Shown here one piece after another: positions 1 through 11,600 of a stretch of 64,000 bases of DNA. A program made the position numbers and the translations under genes. Under the pieces are notes generated by a model that saw nothing but the letters and a program-made list of their open reading frames with translations, had not been told where the DNA came from and did no database searches. The DNA lies in the NCBI GenBank assembly GCA_047495785.1, contig JBLDXI010000023.1, positions 744,001-808,000 of the forward strand, given 5' to 3'. Source of the stretch: Lepidodermella squamata (lineage: Eukaryota > Animalia > Gastrotricha). Position 1 is the stretch's first letter; every line of letters starts with the position of its first letter.

Positions 1-464
1 TATTTTGTAAAACTTCGAGACTATTTTCGCATCATGCGGCAATTCGAAACGAAAATTCAATTTAGGCAAATTTTATCATGGCGAATTAAGCGGCTTATTT
101 TCATTCATTTCTTAATGAGGGAGGAAAAAACGCTAATGAGCCCGTAACTAAACAAAGTTAAGAGACTGCAATCATGCCATTTTTATGGGGTAGCAATAAA
201 ACAGGTATGTTTGTGTGCTAGTGCGCGCAAACATGGAAGTGTTGGTCATATAATTTTGAAACGCACTGTATGAGTAAGCAGTGATACACGATTCGCTGCA
301 TCTCATCGTTTAAGGTGCAATGAAAACAGGTTTCGCGTACTTTGAACTTTTGAACTTGTTGGCTTTTCGAGATGATTCGTATTAGCTTTACATCCTTTTT
401 AATTCTAGCAGCTGTTCATCCGTTTGGTGTATGCAGGGCTTGCTCGCCTTCAACTTATGAAACT

Positions 465-600
465 AAATCAACTACGACTACAACAACTCGAGGAACGACA
501 ACGACAACAACAACAACAACGACTACTTCAGCAGCAGCGGGATCGACTTCGGCAGCGGTAGCGAGTTCAACGACAGTAAAGGCCACGACAAATGCTGCGG
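465..600 (+). repeat. (ACN)n low-complexity tract encoding a Thr/Ser/Ala-rich mucin-like linker
   Basis: Reads STTTTTTTRGTTTTTTTTTTTSAAAGSTSAA in exon 1 of SP-A. Confidence 0.85.
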
Positions 601-980
601 CATCAACACCAAGTGTTCCGACTGGAGGGCAGTGTGGTACTACCGTGTTTATGGTTGTTTCAAGAAACGCCTTGCAAATTAACGGCGGATCAACTGCGCC
701 TCTTTACGCGTAAGAATTCTGAACGAAATGTCTCATTTCAAATAATAAGCAATGGAAAAAGCAGGATAGTCATTTTCCGTACGAATTATGTTACACCTTG
801 TGGTATTTGTGGTTTTACACCCTTAGCCTTGCGAATTGGGCTATGACACCGGATTTCACCTCTGTGCTTTGCGCGCTGAGTCATCCTACATCCTATTATT
901 ATAAAAACATGATTTTTACGTGGCCTTGTTATTACTTCATAAGTAAAACTGTATAAATATATATATAATATGACAGTTAA

Positions 981-1735
981 CCCTTTCATGGCGGAATTAT
1001 TTATCTGCGGTAGACAAAATATTTGACGGCAGTGCTAGGGGTTTTCAAAAGCCCTGATCACGATTTTAAAATCCGTTTGTCGTTATCTATCACCGTTAAG
1101 GCTGTACAAAAGCTGGCCGAAATCGTCCTATCCGCCCAGCCGATTTCAGGCGATTTTTCGAGCACCCCGATTCCTGTGTCAGGTGCCCTCAGCCCTTCAG
1201 CTTTAGAATTTTAGATTATACATTACTCCCACGAATGTCCCTAACATTATCCCTCACTTATATCACCGAAAAAGTTTAGCTTGAAAAAGTGTTAGAGGCT
1301 CAGCTCTCAGATCTGAATTCAGCTTTTCCAGTTTTTGCTCGCGACAGTTTTTGCAGCACGAAATGCTCGCACTCCGCCTGTAAAAGTCTGGGCGGGAAGG
1401 GCGAATTTGGCCGGTTTGGTGTAATTTCAACAGCATCGTCGTTTTTCATTTCCCACTCGGGAAAATTTACACAGAGGTCAATAAGACTATGGCGGACAGA
1501 GAAACCTATGGAATTTCAAGTTGAAAAAATGGAAATTTCAATCTCAGGTTGACTATTTTCTATAGTATGTCTATAGTATGTCCTGACCATGCAAGATAAC
1601 AGTGTCCTGGTTTCAGAACCTTGTAGCCAGCATCGATAAGCAATATTCCTTAGAAGGGCGATGAAGAATTCAGCGAATTCAATTTTCTGCGAATTTTCAA
1701 AGTCAAAATTCCGAAATCGTCTCGCCGTGAAAGGG
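981..1735. mobile_element. piggyBac-type non-autonomous DNA transposon in SP-A intron 1
   Basis: TTAA|CCCTTTCATGGCG ... CGCCGTGAAAGGG|TTAA: inverted termini starting CCC with a TTAA duplication (977-980, 1736-1739). No transposase ORF. Confidence 0.85.
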
Positions 1736-3988
1736 TTAAAATTGTGGATTATAGCCAAAAATCAGACCCAAGAATTGGACCCAATTATTACACCTGAATT
1801 ATCGAAATTTCACTGTTTACAAGATGTTTTCTGTGCGTTCCTTGAATTCTTTCGCCACAAATTTGGTGTCAAACGAACCGCCGGGTCATGGCCTACACTT
1901 CGCCGACAGGCATTTTGCTCTACGGCGCATCGTCTTCAATTGCTTTGCCGTAAACAACTTGTAAACAGTGGATTCACTGCGCAATCCACCAATTAATTGA
2001 TATGAAAATTGTCACATGGTTTCCAATTACTATTACGGCTGTAAACCTAATTATGATCTAGGTTATCCTAACTCATTAAATCCTTCATTTTAATTTTTTG
2101 CCCTTCGAAAACTGGCAGGGATGATTTCTATCATTACTTCTATCATTACTATTCGCGAAGATAAGACTTGACAGGTTAAGCTAAACGAATGTTACTATTT
2201 TTGAAAGGTATCCATGGAACGCCCGACTTCGAATATCTTCGCCGATTAGCAGTTCAGTTACTGTTGCAAGCGCTTCCATCATCAGCGAGCGGTACTTGCT
2301 AACAACTGCTTACCCCTTATAGCAAGTTGAATAAACCATCTTAAATCTGACCGATTCTGACCTGATACCTTTCAGCAATGCGCTCAGTAACACGACAGGG
2401 GGCTATGCCAGCAACATTCTGGCATTTCTCGGCGATGTTAACATTGATGTGGTCGAAGCCACTGAGGTGTCGATTGTGGCCGAAGATTACACATGGCACC
2501 CAGCTTTCAACCCAATCACGATTGACTACGACTTCGCTCTCATCAGGCTGGCCAAAGCCATTGATTTTCGCAAGTCATGGGCGATTCAAAAGATATGTCT
2601 GCCCATTTCGTGCACTGATGCTTGCGCTACCGAAGGGACCGCAGTGAGCGTGCCAGGTAAGAACCGGGTGAAAGGGCCTAGTCAGTGGAATTTTCCATAG
2701 AATCATAATTCTGGGATGCAACTGCAATTAGCAATAATTCTCTACATCGCTACAGGATGGGGCTTCAATACGACCTCGACTTCTACTTTGCTGAAACAAG
2801 CAGATATGAAGATTGCCAACCTTGCAGACTGCAAATTGCAGTACAGCCGGACACAGACGCAGATCACGCGACAAAAGCTGTGCGCCACAACAGCAGGTGG
2901 CTTCCCGTGGGCCTCGGATCAGGGCGGTGGGCTCGTTAGCAGCAATAGCACGAGATTCACGCTATGCGGTGCCTTTTCATATACCGGCTCCTTGGATGCA
3001 TACTCAGTCTTGTAAGGGAATCATCAAATATGCTCACCACCTGTTTACCTTCAGCTCAAATTCAGCTCGAAAGTTTGCACTGTTTCATCTTGGATTCAGA
3101 ACGTTATGTCCCAGCTGAACCCGCCGCTTGCCAGCGAAACATCTGTCAAAAAGACATGCGGCCAGACAGTGTACTTCAACGGTTTAAATTCCGCCGCAAG
3201 CATCACTTGAGGCTCGATCGCCCTACCTTATGAGTTTCCATGGTGAGAGGACAAGAAAATCGATGAAGTTACTCCAATATCAGCTTGCAGGGTCGTTCGC
3301 CTTTTGGTATCAATGCGGAATACAACGAATTCACAATTGACCCAATTTCCGTGCGGCGGTAGCGTCATCAACGAAAAGTAATATTTTACAATACAGACAG
3401 CACTTGTATTTACTAGCGTTTTTCTAGGTATATCCTCACCGCAGCTAGTTGTGTAAGCATGGTTGGCTCGACATTTGTGTGAGTTACTTTTCTCAGTGGA
3501 TCTGAACCTATGACAACTTGCTTGAGAACTGCGAAAATTTTCCAAAATTCCTTAAAAATTCCCTTTTCACTAATAAGTACCTGGAGGCAAGATGCTGTTT
3601 GCTGTTTAGCAGTGCTTCTCAACGTTTTCCCGAAGTGGGCCATTTTCTAAGTAATTTTCCATCCCAGCGGGCCGCTACCACTGTATTGTAAGAACACAGC
3701 AGGCCGCAAATTTAGAATGTGAGTGAAATTCAACAGATATTGTTGCTGTTTAGTCGCTAATTCTATTGCGATGAAATTTGGAGCACAAAAAATGTAACAA
3801 AAATTGGGCATTCACGAGTAAGTACTGAGTATGTATTAAGAATTATCAAATAAGTTTCCAGTTTTATAAGCAATTTTTATGAGCTGACATTTCCGCTCAT
3901 CACAAAATGAAACTGGAACGGATTGGAACGTGAATAAAAGAATAAGAGAAAGATAGGCCTTATTAATAATATTAACAGCATTAAGCTC

Positions 3989-4390
3989 AGTGGCGTAGCC
4001 AGGATTATTGTTTGGGGGAGGGGGTGATGATTTTTCAACGTTAGCCTCGAAAAATTTTGCGGCCTAAAACCTACTTAAAATTGGTTCGCGAGCGAAGCGA
4101 GATTTAGCTGTCGCTTTTTCAGGCATTTTCAACCCGAAAATGGGTTAAAATGCATTAAAATATGGGTGATTCATAGGAACCCTGTAGTTAGACTTCCGGG
4201 CATCGCTTGTACCAAAGCTATCAGTGTGCGAAGTATGATCCGGGAGCTGAGGTGTTTACTACTTGTTTCCTAGGACCCAGCCGAAGAAACCAAAGGGTCC
4301 CCCTGTTGTTTTTTCAGCCTTCTTCTGTTTGAGGTCCCGTAGCTCGGGTGTTGCAACAACCTAGCACCCTTGTACTTCGCACCCTGAAAG
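3989..4390. repeat. Dispersed-repeat fragments in an SP-A intron (CAGTGGCGTAGCCAG-type MITE end plus a repeat shared with about 13000-13200)
   Basis: CAGTGGCGTAGCCAGG near 3989 resembles the termini of the 61130 element. CCAGCCGAAGAAACCAAAGGGTCCCCCTGT recurs at about 13085-13113. Confidence 0.6.
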
Positions 4391-5504
4391 CTATTCAAAA
4401 TGATTGGTAACAAGGCTTGCAGGCCGCAACCAATACAAGTTACCTAGTTGAGTGCTGGGCCGCACAAAATCGGGCTGCGAAAAAGGGAGGTTGAGAAGCA
4501 CTGCTGTTTAGTAACTAAACAAGAGCAATGATTTATGATTTGTGATATAACCAGGTCGGTGACAGTATTTTTCGGCGAGAGAAATGTCACAATTTCGAAT
4601 GAGGTTGGCGAGTACAACTTAAATTCAACATCAATCAATGTCCACCTTTCCTACGTCGCGTCGACAACAATCGGCGCTCCGAACGACATCGCCTTGATCC
4701 AACTTCCATGTAACTCTTTTGATCGATTGAAGCCTGTATTTTTCCAGACTATTTCTCCGCTATTGACCATAGCACCAATCGACCTCACCTCATGGTATGT
4801 GAAGTCTATATGTTTACCAACTGCTGCGAGTGACGATTGCACAGATGGCGATGTTGCAGTTGTAGCTGGTGAGCAATTTTCCAACTTATTTAATATTCTG
4901 AATGATACATGTGATATGAATGCATTTAGCTATTTCAAAGCTATTTCAAACTTAGAAACAAGTGCTAATCTCTTTCCATCTAATAGGTTGGGGTCTCACA
5001 AATGAAGTCGGGTCTGCGTCAGATGTGCTTCGCGTTGCCACGCTGTCGATAGTCAACAAAGCGAATTGCCAATCGCAGTATACAACAGCCACCATCACCG
5101 ATTCAATGATTTGCGCAGGTAGCCACTGTTTTTCCAGTTGATTCATTTATTAGCTGCATGAATGATGAAGGATATTCTGGATTCGGGCCGAATGCGTGCG
5201 CGGGTGATAAAGGCGGACCGCTGATGTCAAGCACACAAGGTTTCTACAAGCTGTGTGGCATCGCTAGTTTCAACTCGAGATGCGGTGAAGGAGCGACAGG
5301 CTACACTCGCATCACATCTTTTCTTTCTTGGATTAATTCCAATACTGTCTAGTTCCTAAGATTTCGTCTGGAGTAATATAAAAGTAGACATCGCTGTGAA
5401 TTCAGCCTATGAGTCTATATTATGCTAAATTGTAAATTAAACACATTTTTATGCAGTTGTTGGTAATGCAGTGAGCCGAGAAGGATTTTATCTGAGGTGG
5501 ATAA

Positions 5505-5917
5505 CAGTGCTTTGGATTTGATTTGATTTGATTTGAATTGATTTTAGACCCTATTTTCCCTGATTTAGATTTAAAATGTTTCAAATCTCTTCTCCTTTTA
5601 TTTCGATAATTTATTTCATTTTTAATAATTTTAATAATTTTTAATGATTCTAATATCTCTTCTCCTTTATGATGAAAATTTGCTATGGAAAGGGACGGTT
5701 ATTACGAATTCGTGCTATTTTATTCATTTCTTGAAACTTCGACGCCACCAGCTTACTGAAAATCCCGATGTTTCGCGATTTATTGTGATTTATGGTTGTC
5801 GATGATTTGATTTGATTGATTTAGTCTCGGAAAATTGGGACAATGATTGATTTTGATTGATTGAAGGAGGTCCCTGATTTGAGCCGTAAATAAAATCAAA
5901 TCAAATCCAATGATCTG
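5505..5917. mobile_element. hAT-like MITE with (GATTT)n subterminal repeats
   Basis: CAGTGCTTTGGATTTGATTTG ... CAAATCAAATCCAATGATCTG with an exact 8-bp TSD GTGGATAA (5497-5504, 5918-5925). Confidence 0.85.
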
Positions 5918-6749
5918 GTGGATAAGGCAATTATTTCAAATATTTCTTCGCCGAGCATTGATCCCTCATTCGGGAATGTTATAGCAGACATAGGGGGCTT
6001 CGAGCGTACATTTATAAATTTAAACTTAGCAGTTTTTAAGTATTAATCACTAAGGGCATTGTTGTAAGGAATTTCTTAACATTCGAACCATATAAGAGGT
6101 TAAGATATGAAACTCGGGACACTCTAATGTTGTAAAAATCTCGTCGTGCTAGAGTCACCATCTGCTAAGTGAACGAAATCGTGATTTTATTGAAGCCTAG
6201 ACTGAAGCATAATAAAAATAGCATATAAGTTCATTTTGTTTCGTTAAAAGACTGTCTGATAATCATAGATACTCATATCATAGATGCAAATAAATTATCC
6301 GAAATCCGAAAGGTGATTTCAGGCCACTTGGTTCCGCGACAGCACATCATTAGCTTCCGCTCGCCAAAATTTAGTTCCCGTACAACTAAGAGCTTAGGAT
6401 TATAATCTCGTTGCTTCACGCATCCGTGGTATTTCAAGCGACAACTTTGCTAATAACGACTTCAGGATTATCACGTGTTGAAAGCACGCAATCTCCTGTT
6501 TGAATAAAAAAACTGTACAATTATGTTTCAATGAGCGGTGAAACTTCATATACGTGTAAGAAGTTGGTTGTCTAAATCATCATTGCTCATAGTAAAAAAA
6601 GAGCCTAAAGATGAATCAAGTTTCTTATCCGCGATGCGAATTTTAATGAGCTTAACAATATGATTCATATTTTCATGCGGTTAAAGGAGAAAAAACTGAT
6701 TGTATAAGTATGATTATATTCCCCGAGAATTTCAACTGAATTCCCGCCT

Positions 6750-7036
6750 ATGCAGATCATTACGCAGAGTGCAATCGCAGTAGTATGGCTAATAGCAAGT
6801 TACAATCACTTGCTTGTTCGCCAACCACTGGCACAGCGTCAACGTTCAACGCCATCTCCAATCGCTGATGCTCTGAGTCGCGTGGAGGTTAGCAACGGTC
6901 CGGCAGTGAGGCAAATACAACTCATGAACACCTACGACAGCAGAATGGGCTCGTGCGGCTTGAACTACTTTCTCGCGAACAACATTACGACATCATCGGG
7001 CGGCATTGTTAGCGGCGATTACGCTGCCCTCGGCGC
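6750..7036 (+). pseudogene. Orphan first exon of a serine-protease paralog
   Basis: EVSNGPA..CGLNY..IVSG matches exon 1 of SP-C (EVNNGPA..CGVNI..VANG) and ends at the homologous GTAAG donor. The 'LACSP' motif is out of frame. No downstream exons were found before the next gene. Confidence 0.65.
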
Positions 7037-7272
7037 GTAAGCTATTTTCAAAGTTGAACAGAGGCAGTGTCGGAAGTACGCTAGTGGTGGTAGGGATCCA
7101 TCCTAGTCTCCGAGGGCGGCCGAGACAAAATAAAAAAGTTAAGAATATGACTAAAAGCCGACTAATCTCGCGTGATTATTCAGTTTTAGCGCACCCTGTG
7201 ATATTATAATGAGGCTGTTGCGCGGCCACAACTAGGCGCGCGCATAAACCGTGTTTTTAACGTTCATCGAAC

Positions 7273-7587
7273 CGCGCGCGCTCATGTCAAAGGGCTACTT
7301 ACGAATATCCTGGCGGCTTATATACCAAATTATAATTCAGACAATTCTCTTTCGATTGAATATAGGTTTCCTGGGTGAAAAATTCGATCTCAAATACATT
7401 TTGCGTGCGCGCTAGGAACATTTCCGCACTCAACTAAGTCAAAACTTGGCGTGCACTAGCAGGTATTTGAGATCGAATTTTTCACCCAGGAAACCTATAT
7501 TCAATCGAAAGAGAATTGTCTGAATTATAATTTGGTATATAAGCCGCCAGGATATTCGTAAGTAGCCCTTTGACATGAGCGCGCGCG
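7273..7587. repeat. 125-bp inverted repeat with a 65-bp spacer
   Basis: 7273-7397 is the reverse complement of 7463-7587; no mismatch seen by eye. Confidence 0.9.
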
Positions 7588-7654
7588 CTTCCTTCAAAAT
7601 TCCATCCCTGGATAAAAATCCTACTTCCGACACTGTTTTCGGTTTTTAGCGACT

Positions 7655-8440
7655 TGCTACACTCGACGCCTATGCTGACGATCTAACAGTCGTCGGCGAG
7701 GATGCGAATTTCCCGGAGGCCGAAGGCTGCACCCAGGCAGAGATCGATCGCATCTCGCGGTGGGCCCGCGAGTGGCGCCAGAAGTTTAATGCGTCGAAAA
7801 GCGAAGCTATGCCGTTTGCCTGGCGCTCTTACCAGACCCGTCTACACCTCGACGGCTCGGTGATCCCTCAAGTTGCCGCGATTCGTGTACTCGGCGTGCA
7901 CTTGACGCCAAGCTGACTTGGAAGTCGCACGTCGACCAGGTCACCAACCGCTGCGCCCGGAACCTGTCCCACGTTCGCCGTTGCACGACGACTGTCTGCG
8001 CAGCCTGCTAAACATCCGCCGCGATGACCGGGTCCGTGTCTCGGAGCTAGAACGCCGCTGTGGCGTGAAGAGCTTGCCTGCCTTCTTCGAACAGACCCAG
8101 CGCCGGTAAGCTGCGAATGCTGTCCGCTTCGTCCTCCCTCTTAGAGAAGAAATTGAGCGACGCCGCCTCTCCGCGAACCCGGTGCCCTGTTCCCCGCTGG
8201 CCTTGATCGCCAGCAGGCTTCCTCGGGGTCCCTTGCCCACTTTCGATGTCTGATCTTGCCGCCTCTCCCCCTCCCTCTATCCTTTGCTTTCTTTTCTCTC
8301 TACCCTTCTTCTCCCTCCCATTCTCCCTCGCTGTGTTTACATGTCTGTCTGCCTTCGATAAATACTCCATCACCCCGCCCACTTGTGTCCACAGCGCACT
8401 GCCGCCGGCAAGCGCATATAATCTTGCGACCCCGCGTCAT
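7655..8440 (+). mobile_element. 5'-truncated, degenerate non-LTR retrotransposon (RT C-terminal part)
   Basis: AYADDLTVV from 7668, then ISRWAREWRQKFNASKS, IRVLGVHL, LLNIRRDDRVRVSELERRCGV. Contains stops and frameshifts, is GC-rich, and has a pyrimidine-rich 3' UTR. Confidence 0.85.
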
Positions 8441-8667
8441 TGATATCTTTCACTTATTTCGTGAATTTATATCGGTAATTGTATTAGTTGCCTATTCAAG
8501 GTAGCTCATCTAGGCGTGTCATTATGTTTTTATTCGTGTGTTGGAACCATATCCTATCCAGGCTTTTGTCACGTTTCAGTAATTTAGTAAACAATGAATC
8601 ACAACATCTCATCATTTAAGGCTTGGAAAGAACAGCTCCACCTGTTTTAACTCATTGGATTTTCAGA

Positions 8668-11600
8668 ATGTATCTTTTTCGCTTCACATCCTTCTCAGCT
8701 CTACTAGCAGCTCAACTGTTGGGTGTAAGCAAAGCTTGCTCTTTCCCTGCATCAAATATTTCAAAAGTTACATTGGCTACAACAACAGCGAAAGCCAGTA
8801 CACTACCGGATGTTTCGAAAGGACGGCAGTGCGATACTAACATGTTTATGGCTGTTGCGGGAAGCGGATCGCAGGTTAATGGCGGGTCAACTGCGCCTCT
8901 GTACAAGTAAGCATTCTGAACGCAGTCAAGTCAAATGTATCAAGGTCTGCCTTCCCCCAAACCAGATATCCGTGGATGGTTCTTTTGAAAATTTATACCC
9001 CCTCCTCATCATTCAGATTCGGTGGGGTCATCTTGGACGAGCGTTACGTGTTGACTTCAGCTTCGCTTATTTCGTGAGCTGAGGTTTCATTTACCTTGAA
9101 TAGCAATTTAATTTATCTCAATACAGAAAATCTATTGCATTGACGTATTATTCGGCCATCAATGCGGGTGATATCACGGCAATTTTCTGCGATATTAACT
9201 TGACAAGCAAAGAATCGACCGAGTTTTCAATCAAGGCAGACGGCTTCACGTTGCATCCTCTCTATGACCCATCAGCGTTGAATTACGATTTCGCGGTCAT
9301 AAAGCTTTCTCAACCATTGAACTTCTCCAAAAGCTGGGCAGTTCAGAAAATAAGCCTGCCAACGACGTGCAGTGATGAATGCCCGCCTGGATCGCAGGCC
9401 ACAATCGCTGGTAAGCAAATTATTTCATCTCATATCGATCTTAATCAATCGTATTAGGTTGGGGAAATTCCGGCTACTCTGGTTACAATTACTCGTTACA
9501 AGTGGCGAATTTGCAGATTCAAAGCCGTGAAGCTTGCGCCACCGCACTGAAATCGGGGACTTTTACATTTTCTGAGGAGAAGCTGTGCACTCTCAATTCG
9601 ACGACAGTTAAAATGAGCAACGTCGATATTGGCTCGCCGCTGGTTTCAAACAACGGGGCAGCTTACAAGTTGTGTGGAGTTTTCTCGAAATATTTCTCCG
9701 ACACTGGGATTGCGTCTTTGTAAGTTACCTCAAAACTTGAATTTCACGCCATGGGAAACCCGAAATCTGAAAATATATCATCAAATCGTAATCAAATCGT
9801 ATATCATCATAATTAAGTTGAGTCGTTTCCTCCAAGTCTTTTGGACCGCAGTTTTCATCTAGGCTTTTCGATAACTGCCCTGAAATTTGCCGGGGGCTCG
9901 TGCTAAACTGAAGGTGAGCTATTCGGCATATTCGGCCAAACAATTATCAGGGTCTTTTTCTGTGTATTCATGTAACAAGGGAGTCGATGTACTTCTTGAA
10001 GAATAGGTATAGTTTTTTGTTTGTAAGAAATAAGTTATGTTTTTTTCTCCAATTCTACGCAAACACGCAGACATATAAGCCAACACGCTTAAGACTCGGA
10101 ATTACAACAACAAGCCGACAATTTATATAAAAATAGAAGTTAAAATAAAATCTATATTACTAAACGACGAAGGTCCTCAACGGTTAAATTTGAATTTTTC
10201 TTTGTATTTGGCGGCATGCTTAGATAGTATACTTCCACTCACCCGGTAGCCAAGTGCTTATAGTGTCATTAGATAGAGAATAAAAATGCCAGATTTCGAA
10301 TCCGTCAAATCCGCAGTGTCAAAAATGCCAAAAAACAAATAGAGCGCTTTCTGCTTTTGAACGCAATTTAATTTAAAATACGAAAACATTTTAAAACTGT
10401 TACTTATTACTAAATCAAATGTTTAATATTTTGATTTAAATACTTTCCATGGCGACGCGTTTGCGGGGAAATTCAAAAATTCCGGTCGCCGGGCGCCGCG
10501 TCGCCTGGCCCAAGGACACGTCCACGGGGTCGGGGCAACGTAAATTCGTGCCCAGCATGGTCGAAATGATATTTAAAGCATGAGAAAAGCAAATAAATCG
10601 AAAAATTCGGGGAGTAACCCATCACCCCAAGGAGTGAACTGATTCGACTTTTAGCGATGTTACAAGTTTTCTTGGCTATGCATTAATCAGATATGCTGAC
10701 CTTTTTATATAATCACATTTATATCTGGGCTTTCTAATCAAATCGACCATGCTAATCATGTGACGTAGATAGGACGCCGCACTCAGAGCACGCCGGTTGA
10801 CCAAAAGACGAGGTCACTTTTTAGCTCATGAATATTCAGAATAATTTGGAGCGTGAAAATTTAAAATGACGGGGCTTCATTCGAATTCGTTTGATAATTA
10901 AAATTTAAAAATTTAAAATTAATTAGTTCAAGTTCTAAAGATCGCAAAAAGTAGTGTTTTGGCGCGATTTCCGAGATGAGATGCATCTTTGAAGATGAAC
11001 TCAAATGATGGATGGCGGCATCTGCTCAAAATTTGATCAAAAGTCAACACAAATAGCACAAGAAAAATTTTGGAAAAATTGGGGTGGAAAATAATGACAT
11101 GATTCATCTCATTAAATTTGAAACGGTGAACTTTGCTCCTTATTAGTCTGACTTCAGTTTTTCGTGTCCGAAAACCTCTTAGTGCGGCGTCCTATCTACG
11201 TCACATGATGCTGATGACGAATCTTACGTGCGCTGACCTCAGCGACGTGTCTTTATATGAGATTTTAGAACCCCTCAGTGCAGTCTACGCGGTTACCAGT
11301 GATCCACAGTTTGAGAAATTTTACCGCGAGTATACATTGTTGTTTTACTAGTAAAAAATTAAAACAATAATTCCGCCAATTATTGTTTCATTTATAAAAC
11401 CCATAAAACCCATTTCGATGATGGTTCTGTTCGAACTTTTCTTTTTTGAAATAATTAGGTTTCGCTAAACGTAAAACCGATCATTTCTCTGCAGCAATCT
11501 AGCAATCTATCTTGGAAATGCGAAACAAGTTGACCTTTGAAGATCCTGCTTAGAGGGCCAAATTTCTCACTTTTTTATCCTATTCTGAATTTCAAAAATT

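Larger units (their letters stand above)
372..5352 (+). pseudogene. Secreted tandem two-domain trypsin-fold (S1A) serine-protease-homolog gene SP-A; both domains lack the catalytic His/Ser and there is an in-frame TGA at the start of domain 2
   Basis: Signal peptide, then a Thr-rich linker. Hand-spliced exons: 372-709, 2208-2321, 2376-2656, 2756-3011, 3066-3242, 3291-3377, 3428-3478, about 4555-4709, about 4773-4868, about 4987-5118, about 5171-5352. Domain 1 motifs: INGG..YPW, LTTAYPL, DYDFALIRL, ICLP, GWG, ASDQGGGL. Domain 2 motifs: IT*G..FPW, CGGSVI, TAASC, NDIALI, GDKGGPL, SFLSWI. TGA at 3208-3210. It could still encode a single-domain protein. Confidence 0.8.

Noticed and set aside
3208-3210. 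Selenocysteine reading of the in-frame TGA
   Set aside because: It aligns with Gly of IxGG rather than Cys, and I recognised no SECIS element.
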